Shown here one piece after another: positions 51,274 through 61,065 of a stretch of 64,000 nt of DNA. Every line of letters starts with the position of its first letter. Position 1 is the first letter of the stretch. Below the pieces are notes generated by a model. It saw only the letters and a program-made list of their open reading frames with translations, was not told the origin of the DNA and searched no databases. The stretch is from Eukaryota sp. GEM-RC1 (lineage: Eukaryota): positions 558,001 to 622,000 of the forward strand of contig JAUFOQ010000016.1 in assembly GCA_040285855.1 (NCBI GenBank). Direction: 5' to 3'. The translations under genes and the position numbers were made by a program.

Positions 51274-53705
51274 ATGGTGTCGTCATTCTTCTCTGCGCTA
51301 CTGAGCAATCCCCCCATATGCTTCTTAATTCTCTATCTGAAAAGTATCACCACTCCTCCAAGACCGAAAGATCCAAAGATTTACTCCTATGTCTTTGTTG
51401 GACCCTTTACTGTCACAGTCATCAGTCGCATTGTCCTTAGCATAATGGCGTTTTTCTGTCTTTTTGGTTTTGCAAATTGGGTGAACCATCATGTCCGCTA
51501 CATGCAACTCCTTCCTATATATATTTACTGGACTGCCATCATTGTTTGCTTCTATATCCTTTCTTTCGCCCTTGTATACCTTCTATTCAGAGCCCTGAAA
51601 CTTCACCATGTTGGATTTTACTTCTTCTTCGTTACTTTCCAAATGGTATTCCTTCTCCTCCCAATTGCTGACGTCATCTTCTCAGTCACTGCCGGTCAAA
51701 AGCTCACCCCCAACACCATTCGAGCTTACTCACATAGCAGTTCCGGAGGCAATCCGATTTCTCTAATCATTGACAGCTACCACATCGCTAGGAGCTACTC
51801 GCCTGAGAAGACAAAGATTCTGTTTACCGCCCTTGTCATATCTCTTGCCGTTATTGTTCTTAGTCACTACATTTCACTGTCCCTTGTGAAACACTTCCCT
51901 GTTACTGAAAAGGTCTTCATTTGGATCTTCTACATTCTTGTTTCTCTTTCTTTAGTTGTTGTATTGTTTCCCTCTTCTATTTCTCTAAGACAGAGTCAAC
52001 ACCCATCACATACCGCTACGAAGCCAGCAGATGCGTATTTCCTGTTTCCAGAACCTCCTTATCCAATCAAACATTATTTAAAAGATTTAAAATTATTAAG
52101 GGAATTTTTCCCTTTACCAAAGGATCGTTATTGGATTAGCGACTTTTCCCGTTGGTTCATGGAAATTTTGAAAAATACTGTCAATTTAATTTTGAGCTCG
52201 ATGAATGTCAACACCAGAGGAATCAAACAACAATTGAAGAAGATTTCGAAAGACCAGACATTTTCCTTATTTTGTGGGAAACTTTGTCTGGGAATATTGT
52301 TTCTGCTGTCGATAACCCTGTTGTTGACGATGCAACTCCTAATTTAAAGAAATTCTTTGAAGAATATGGAGTTTTGTATCACGAATTAGTCACAAATGCT
52401 TGTCCAACAGCTAATTCTTTCTGGTCTTTGTTTAACTTAGGTCTCCCTCTTAGTCATGGTAATACCATTGTTGACACTCTAGGCACCAATGTTGATTCTC
52501 TTTATAGTTTAATCAACAGATCTCCTGCCAATTATTCCACTTTGTACACGTCAGCAGCCAATCCTAATTTTGATGGGAAAGATAAGTGGTTGGACAAGAA
52601 TGAAATTGATGACGTGTTCTTCAGATATGATAACATTCCAGAAGCTCAAAATTACGATCTTCCGATTGCAAAAAGATTTGCCAGTATTTGGAATAATGAC
52701 AGAATTTTAGTTGATCAAGTAAGGGAAAGAACAGATTTCATTGCAAATATTTCAAATAATGCACCTTTATTCAATTGGATTACTTCTATTTCTACTCACA
52801 ATCCTTTTTCGACTTTTGATGATCCGGAAGTCGTCGGAAGTCCGTGGCCTGACGTGGTTCGTGATCGTTATCTTAGAGCTATCAATTATTCTGACAAATA
52901 TTTGGTAGATGAAATGTTAAAGTATTTGAAATCTAGAGACAAACCCAACACTGTCGTTATTTTCATGGGAGATCACGCTGCTTATAAGCTTGCTGACCTT
53001 GTTCCTAAGTGTCCTAAGTGTCCACAAGCTCCCTTTGATAATGACCAAGTCTTCTACACAACAGCTGTTCTAGGTTATCTTGGAGACGAGGAGATGCGTA
53101 AAAAATTAAAAATTCCAAAAGCTGGTACTAAAGACTATCGAGCTGCGTCTGCGCTAGATATTATGGCAACGATTGCTGAGCTGACAGGGGCAGGTGATGA
53201 CGTTACCTACTCAATGGGAAGGTCATTATTGGATGATTCGATTGACGACTCTCATAGAAAATCACTTTCCCTTTTGTCTTTGGGGGCAGAATTAGGACTT
53301 GCTGATAGCATTGTTAGAACTGATTGGTCGGGATCTACAAGGTTACAAACGTCTAGACCTCATCCAACATTCTTAGAACCCACCAACATTACTAAGGATA
53401 CTGTGTGGTTTGAGATGATATTGCGGGTTAACTTGGTTTATAATCATATTGTAACCAAAAATAGACTGTGGCACAACGATTTCTTATTGAATCCTGTTGA
53501 CTTTCCTCAGGTTTCTGTTCCTATTCCAGATATTGTGGAACATACGAATTTGGTATTGCTATATGTTAGTTTGTTTATATTTGCTTGTATTCTTCTTTCT
53601 TTATTTATTCGTATGATTGTTCTAACTTTAATGATACTCAAAAGACTATTCTTGACGGTCTTATTTAGAAAAGAAAAACCTGAAGAGTTCTTGTCCTTGG
53701 TGTAG
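51274..53705 (+). CDS. Membrane-anchored LTA-synthase/sulfatase-family (alkaline phosphatase superfamily) protein; frameshift near 52145; start uncertain
   Basis: Multi-TM N-terminus, then PDIFLILWETL, PTANS, STHNPF, YLRAINYSD, NTVVIFMGDH, SALDIMATI, GRSLL; C-terminal TM segment. Confidence 0.8.
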
Positions 53706-53975
53706 CTAACATTGTGACTTATTATTGTGACCTGTAATCTATTTTCTAGTCTTTTTTTTAGTAGTTGAACTTGCTTGTAGACAGACTTAGCTTTCTGACG
53801 TCCATGAGTCTTGGTTAAACAAGTAGAGTCTTTGACTTCTATTAACTTCAGTAGTCTTATAGAACCTAATAAAACATATTTGTTTCTTTCTTACTTACTT
53901 TGTATATCTTGTGAGCAAGGAGTTTTCCCCTTAGTGACAAGGGAAACCTTTTTATATAATCTCACTAGTTCAGAA

Positions 53976-54839
53976 CATAGTTGTACTTCACAAATCACAA
54001 CTGGGATCACAGTGATCACAAAAGTGTAAAAATGGTCGGATTGTTGTGATCACAATTGTGATTTGTGATCACCATTGTCGACGCTAAACTTGGTTGTCAT
54101 TTTGTAAATTTGTCAGATTTTAGTCACATAAATGAAATATAAACAAGACAAGTCAATTATGTGTCATATCTGAGTGGCAAACTGGTCATTCTGAACCCCA
54201 CGAATTAGATTATTCTTTTTCTAAATGATGATTAAATATGTCTGCTACTTACTCAAACTGATGATGTCATTGGAGTTTATTTTAACCTAGCTCTATTGAA
54301 GCAAGAAGAGGAAAATCTCATTTTCGCTCAATTCAAAATTTATCAAGCAATGTTACATATAAGCAGATATTTGGAGTGAAGTGCGTGTCAGTACTGAACG
54401 ATCTCTGAGTGCTGAAGATGAATTATGGAGAAGGGTGATGATAGATGTTGATCTTAGTGAAAAATAGAAGAAATGGATTTTCAAGACGTTATTGACAGTA
54501 AGTTTGAAAACCCTATGGATTTTGGGGTTGAGTCAGAAGAAGATGATGACAATGTGTCAGAACTACAGAATTGTCCACCAAGAGAAACAGTAGAAATAAT
54601 AGGTAGATAATTGATGAAATAAATTATAAAGTAACTCTGAAATAAAGTTCGTGATAAATTAGCAATTGTTTTACTGTTTTTGAGATCAAATTGTCGGGAG
54701 ATAAGTCACCATGGGATAATTTTTCATATAAGCTATGAAGGAAGTTGAAGAGTACATTTTTCACATCGTGTGTGATTATTGTGATCATCGTTATCACAGA
54801 TCACAAAACAGAGCAATATTGCTGTGAAGTACAACTATG
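53976..54839. mobile_element. Non-autonomous hAT element
   Basis: 17-bp TIR CATAGTTGTACTTCACA; 8-bp TSD GTTCAGAA; GTGATCAC subterminal repeats; internal VSTERSLS resembles hATC ERxFS. Confidence 0.93.
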
Positions 54840-55398
54840 GTTCAGAACGAACCATCACATGCCGTGACCATGGTTTGGTTAGGATTACGACGACAACCTT
54901 TAATCGTTTGAGCCCACCTTTTATTACGGGCTTATATTTGATGTAACAAAACAAGCTGTCCTGCAACTGAAAAACTAACTAAACTGAACTACTAGTACCC
55001 CCATTTCAATGTCTTCTTCGATATTTGGAGGGAATGTCATTGATCTGGTGTTGTTTCAGGTTTGCTTTAGATGATTTATAGGCTATCGAAATAACGATTC
55101 CTATTTTACTAATTAAAAACATTTAAAGAAGTCTCACCATACTTCCTTATTAAAAGAAGACAGGGACTGGAATAAATTAAACCCAACTAAAATCTCCTGC
55201 TAAGATTAAATTAACTGAAATTAACAGCATAAATATGTCAGAACAAAAACACAATCATTGACATCACCATCGCCACGATGAAGGAACAAACGTTAAATTT
55301 CTACCAAATTTCTAGAACAATACTCGACTTCTGTTGACTTTTTTCATTCCGAAATTCCTTTACAAAGGAACTTCATCTAAGACTCAAGAAGAGACAAT

Positions 55399-56796
55399 CT
55401 ACGAGAACATTTCTGGTAGCTTCGTTTTCCAATCATTGTAAAACTCCTTACAGTAATCAACATTTCCAAGGGAGTTTTCCAAATCAATAACAAATTTAAA
55501 AAGTACTGGATCGAATAATTTAGTTAAAATCCAATTCAAAACTTTCCTGCAGCCCTCCAAATCACTCAATCGAACATAGAACAAAGCAATAGACTTAGCT
55601 AACATTGGAACCTTTACTAATCCCAATGGAAGTTCTTCTAAAGCCCTAGAGTACACCTCCTTAGCTCCTTCTGCATCTTCAATCACGACTTCCAAGTAAG
55701 AGGCGTACATTATCCAAAGATAGACTAGTCGTTGAAAAGTAGGAGACGTGGAATCAATCTCGACTTTAATTGCCCTTTCGAACACAGAAACAACTTCATC
55801 CTTGGGTGAGCTCAATTCTTGTAAAATCTTAATCAAATCAAACCAATTATTAACATCATTTGGCTTAATCTCAGTACGATACAAACAGAAATACTTTCTA
55901 GACAGCAAAGCAACTGTCTGAATATCACTCGGATCTCCATACTTCCTCTCAATAAATAGCCACTCCTTACCTACTTTAGACTTGTCCTTCGTAGCAACAT
56001 TATCAATAGCAAACTTAAACGCACTCCTAGCTTCATCAAGAGAACCAATCTCAACATAGAGAGAAGACAACTCTAGAAAGATAGTAACATCAGCTAAGGC
56101 TTGGTCTAAGAATCCTTGGATGAAAACTTGAGCAAAGTAGATGGACTGTTTCAGGTCTTGAACTCGATGTTTGGCAAAAGACATTGCATCTCTAAATGAT
56201 TGAGCTTTAGGACGAGTGGAGATCATTTGCTCTAAGACTTTCCATACGTTGTCCACGTTATTCATTCTAAACTCAAAATCAGCAAAAGCAATGTAAGCAG
56301 AGTTAGGTGGATGCCAGGACATCCACTTGTTATAGACAGCATGTTGAGATTCATAAGGTTGATTAGATCTGCGGAGGACATCGAGATATATGATCCAGAG
56401 TTTATCTATTCTGGGAAGAGTGCAAGTAGCACGGGAGAAAACTTCAAGAGCTTCTTCAAGATTACCACCTTTTAGTTCGAGTTCAGCGTAGGCTAACCAT
56501 AGCTTTGGTTCTGTATAGAGAGTACACAGAGCTCTTTCCATGATACTACGCATACGACGGTGGTCTTGCATGGCTAATTCCCATGAAGCGTATTCAATCC
56601 AGGGTTTGGATTTGTTTGGAGATCTGCCAACATTGGCTTCGAACTCCCGACGACGTCTAACTAGGTAATCAGCAAGATCCACTTCATCGGTGATTTGTTC
56701 TTGAAGAGGACGAAAGTATATGTCAGCCTGACGTTCAAAGGCCTCTAGTAAGATTTGTTCAGCTGTGATCTGGATAGGAGCAGACTCATTGGACAT
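55399..56796 (-). CDS. CLF1: Crooked-neck/Clf1 splicing factor (HAT repeats); true 3' end probably frameshifted
   Basis: APIQITAEQILLEA, RRREFE..V, WIEYASWE...RMRSIMERAL, LPRIDKLW, WMSWHP. Confidence 0.92.
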   Translation of the reverse strand: MSNESAPIQITAEQILLEAFERQADIYFRPLQEQITDEVDLADYLVRRRREFEANVGRSPNKSKPWIEYASWELAMQDHRRMRSIMERALCTLYTEPKLWLAYAELELKGGNLEEALEVFSRATCTLPRIDKLWIIYLDVLRRSNQPYESQHAVYNKWMSWHPPNSAYIAFADFEFRMNNVDNVWKVLEQMISTRPKAQSFRDAMSFAKHRVQDLKQSIYFAQVFIQGFLDQALADVTIFLELSSLYVEIGSLDEARSAFKFAIDNVATKDKSKVGKEWLFIERKYGDPSDIQTVALLSRKYFCLYRTEIKPNDVNNWFDLIKILQELSSPKDEVVSVFERAIKVEIDSTSPTFQRLVYLWIMYASYLEVVIEDAEGAKEVYSRALEELPLGLVKVPMLAKSIALFYVRLSDLEGCRKVLNWILTKLFDPVLFKFVIDLENSLGNVDYCKEFYNDWKTKLPEMFS

Positions 56797-56935
56797 CAGC
56801 TAATAGCTTACGGATGTCAAATAATAGTGACCCGATTAGATCACTGGAGGGAGAGAATTATGTAGAAGTTCTTTTCAAAACTTCTGGTCTACCATTTCCT
56901 CTACCATGTTCATCTACAATATGAATCATGTTCAA
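56790..56935 (-). ncRNA. Candidate Fanzor omega-RNA scaffold
   Basis: Consecutive hairpins overlapping and following the Fanzor stop codon, including a 9-bp stem with a GAAA tetraloop. Confidence 0.45.
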
Positions 56936-59900
56936 CACAGCGTTCACGTTGCGGTTCCAAAGACATCCACACTTTTGCAAGTGAGTAATCCATGTCTTAA
57001 AACCGTTGGTGTTTTTGCTCTTCTGTAAGGTCTGGGATTTTGAACACGGTGTTTGTTTTCATTAATTCCATGTTCATTTTTCAGCACACACTTGTGACAT
57101 CGAGCGCTTGTTCTATATTCATCTATCAGCAGCACCCGATAATGATGCTTTTTGAACATTGCCCTGTGACCAACATTCTTTGTTGGTGCTTGATTCTTGA
57201 ACATAGTCTGCTTCCAATCTCCCATCACTATCACTGTATTTTCTGGACCTCCAAACTTCTCTTTCTCGATTCAAACCTTTCCTTGGTCATATACCTCTTT
57301 AGCTTCATTATTCTTATTTCGTCTGATTGATAGTACGATCCCATATTCAGAGAGAATTCATACTTAAAGCTTTACAATATGCCAAGAAATCATCGTGATC
57401 AAGGCCTTTACTAGAGTGTTTACTTAGTTGTTTTTCCCACTCTTCATTAGTTTTTCCTCCAATGATCCATGACTTTTTACTCTCTCTGAAGAACTTCTGC
57501 TGATCTTTGCCAGGAGTCTCTCTATTTCTTTGAGGGGCTGTCAATCTTTTAAAATGGAACTTCTTGAGCTCCTTCTTTATTCCAGGTTTCTCAGGTGGAG
57601 GATCTTTTGGGGGTTCCAAGTTGGTTGTGCGGTAACTCGCGGCTCTACCTTTGGCTTTGCGTCGTCTTTCATTGTTCAGACGTTTATGGTAGCCACTGTT
57701 ACCACTCTTTCCATTGTCATTTCGCCACTCCTCCCACTCTAACTTAGTATAAGAGGGTTCTTTGGGTTTTGAATTTTGAATTTTTGGCGGACCGTATTTT
57801 CTTCTTGCTCCCATCATCAACTGATCTCTTATCCCAGGGTCTCCACAGACGATAGAGGAACTCTTCAGTAATTCTACTGGTACATCTGTGATATACAGGT
57901 CGTTGTCTACCATATTTCTACTAGGCAGACGATTTCTTCCAATTAAATCGTTTCTTATTAAACTTAGAGAAACGCTTATTCCATTGGTGCGAATTGAATG
58001 GTTAAAGGAATAGCCCTGTTGACGGGAAAGCTTTCTTTGAGGTTCTAAAGATCCAACTCCAGTACTGATGTTGGTACTTTTCGAGATTTCCATGTAGTGT
58101 TGCTTCACTATTCGAAGGAAACCTGTGGTCATTGGGAATAAGAATCCGATAGAGAGCTCCTGTGTCAATAAAGATATGACCAGGAGATTCAGAAGTTTTC
58201 AGAGGAAAGACTTTGTAAATGGAAGGTTTAAAGCACTTCATATCTTCTGGTTTTCCATCTGCTGCATCAAAGTCATGAGATGACATTTGAGTGACTTCTG
58301 GCGTCAGCAATTCCACCCCGTGCATTAGAGACATTGAATAAAATATGAAATTTTGTGGATATTTCTTACACAGATATGATGCACTCTTTAATCCATGTGT
58401 TTCAGGAATAAATAGATGTATGTTTTCGTAGAGCATCAACAGTTTGGGGAGTAGTTCAAATTGCAATTCACGAATAAGTACCGAATGCTCTTTGAATTTT
58501 TCAAGTAGAAGATTAAATACGTTTAAGAGATCGTATTTAGGGTACTTGCTTTGACACAAGGCATTAATAACCTCTCTGAGAAAACAGTGAAATATCTCAT
58601 TTTTTTGTGTTTTTTAAATTTTCAATATTCTTTTTAATTTTTTCGCTTCCACTAAATTGGTCGAAGTAGCAATTAATGAATTTAATCACGTACGTCACCC
58701 AGTGTTCTTTAATATTCACTTCAAGATTATCAATGTATTCAGCAACACTGTACTTTGTAATTCTACCCATAGCTGGTAAGTAGAGATTTTCTGGAGTTCC
58801 AGATTCATCAGTATCCGCCATTGTAGAACGATAGTATTCTTTAAAATACTCATTTACTTTTTCCTTCGAGTACGAGACAGCAGGAGGAATCGAACTAAAT
58901 CTACCTTGCATAGAAATTACTTCAGAATTTAAATCTGATGTCTGCTCCTCTAAAACAGACAAAATATTGGTCAAAAGTTTAGTATAATCAATTTGATTTC
59001 TACCAATTTGTGATAATAGAACAGCCTCACTGAGCTCTTTCTTTGAGCCTTCAATCATTTATATTTTTGATTTTTCCATGGCAAGCAGTTCTTCCATGAC
59101 AGGCAGAATTTCTGTTAGTATTTTAGAGAATTTATCTGTTATGTGAACACTTTTGTTAGTAAATTTAATTTTTTCTGTGTCCATTGCCTCAAGAGTAAAG
59201 GGCTCATGGATCGTGACAACCACTGATACAGCTCATGATTATCTAGGGATTGCTTATACTGATTGACAGTAAACCCTTTCAGAAATTGACAACCATGTGA
59301 CATCAATTGGTCATGTATTATTACATAATGACGAATAATTTCTGAAACTTCGCCAAAATGTAATAATTTACGTAAACCTAACTTTTTAGTTTTAAAGAAA
59401 GGCAAAGCAGGATTTGGTCCTTGAAAAACTGAAAAGAGTTTCAATGTAAGAATTACAGTAGCTGACTAATTCACCTCTTCCTTCAGCTGTTTCCATCAGA
59501 GTAGAATTTGATCTGCTGAGTTTAGATTTTCCTTCAGCCAGAATACTTAAAGAAACACTATTTAGACTGGTGCCAAATTTTGAAGTTAAATTTTTCTTAG
59601 CAAAAGAACAGCAGTCTAAGGAAGTGGAATTACCAAATTTATGAGAGATGGTAGAGTTCCAAGAGGCTGAAAGAAAAGTAAGTGAAATTATATTGTCTGT
59701 CTTATCTTCGTGAGTGACGGTAGTATCAATCTTTAAAATTGAAGCTCTTTTAAGAACATATGGTAGATCATAGAAATCGGAGTAAAAGCCTGAAACAAAG
59801 TCTGGTGAAAAGAATTGAAAAAATTGAGAAAATTAGAAATCAAAAGGAACTCAGATTTAAATGAAAAAATATTAACAGCTTCAGACTCTAATGCAGAAAT

Positions 59901-60519
59901 ATCTCCAACACTAAGCAAATAATTATCTACATTAAAAATCTTTTCATTTTTAAAATAACAAAATGAAAAAACCAATCATGACGATCGGAACCACAAAACT
60001 TCCTTCGTCAACTTCATTGAGAGTTTCGATATCAACTACTAAAAGGGTGGACATTTTGGCAGTTGATTTGACTCTTAAAGATAAATTCACTAAAGGTGTT
60101 GCTTTAATTTTTTCGTCAATGTTGATACCACGAGAACGTACTTTGTCAAGAGTGTTTCCACCCTTATATTCATTTTCAAAATAGGTTTTTGGAATTTCGG
60201 ATCTACTCAAGGATACTGTATCAGAATCAGAAGTAGAAGACAAAATATCCGTCTTGGAAAACGGACACGGCGGTAATTCTAGTTCAGATGCTAGACGCTT
60301 TCTGTCAGAAATTGAATTTGATTTTGCATAAGAACTACACTGTATGGAATTTTCTGGAGTGGATCGCTTTTGTCGAGTGTTACCACAAGACACGGATCGC
60401 CGCGATATTAACTCCTCAGGAGTTCCAGATATCAAGCTGTATGCCTCTTCTCTGAAACTGCCCTGGGTTGTTAATCCTGGGTTAGGGCCGTAGTCCCCAC
60501 CCAAATCCACTGTACTCAT
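56858..60519 (-). mobile_element. Fanzor1 (eukaryotic TnpB-like) nuclease gene, multiply frameshifted, probably inactive; 5' extent inferred
   Basis: FNHSIRTNGISVS; RuvC-I CGDPG (D at 57839-57841); VMGDW; RuvC-II IDEYRTSARCHKC; HGLLTC..C; RuvC-III WNRNVNAVLNM; GRP; TAA at 56860-56858. Confidence 0.88.
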
Positions 60520-61065
60520 CAGACATGGAAGAAAAGAAATTCACAACAGTTCTATAGTAGTTCTAGTTGTGTGTAAATTGAGTGCATTGCTAAACATACT
60601 ACATGTAGTATTGGCTTTTCTTTTAAAATGCAGAGTTTATTTGCAACAACAAAAATTGACTTTATCACATATACTTCCCACACAAAAATTTCTTGTGGTC
60701 TAATTTAAGAGTCTGAAACAATGTTTGAAAATTTGAGGATCGTAATGTGGTCCTCTAATCATTTGGGGTCACATTCCGCTCTTCAAATTTTAAAACGATT
60801 GTGTCAACAGAGCAACCTTGTAGGCATATACCGAAATATAAGTACATCAATAATACGTAATCTGATTGAACTATGATTGACTGTAAAGTTCAGTCCAACT
60901 ATTTGTTCAGTAATTTTAGTGACCATGTAGACATCTCATCACAGTGAATTCCTGCATTTATTTATCGATAGTTGTGTCAGTTAATCTTAGCATCCGCTTA
61001 AAAACACTGTTGAATGACTGACTTTCTCGAAAATGGAATTCACTATCTACCACTATCACTGACTC

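Noticed and set aside
49932..54839. Composite transposon carrying the LtaS-like gene
   Set aside because: The two hAT elements have different TIRs and each has its own TSD, so they are independent insertions
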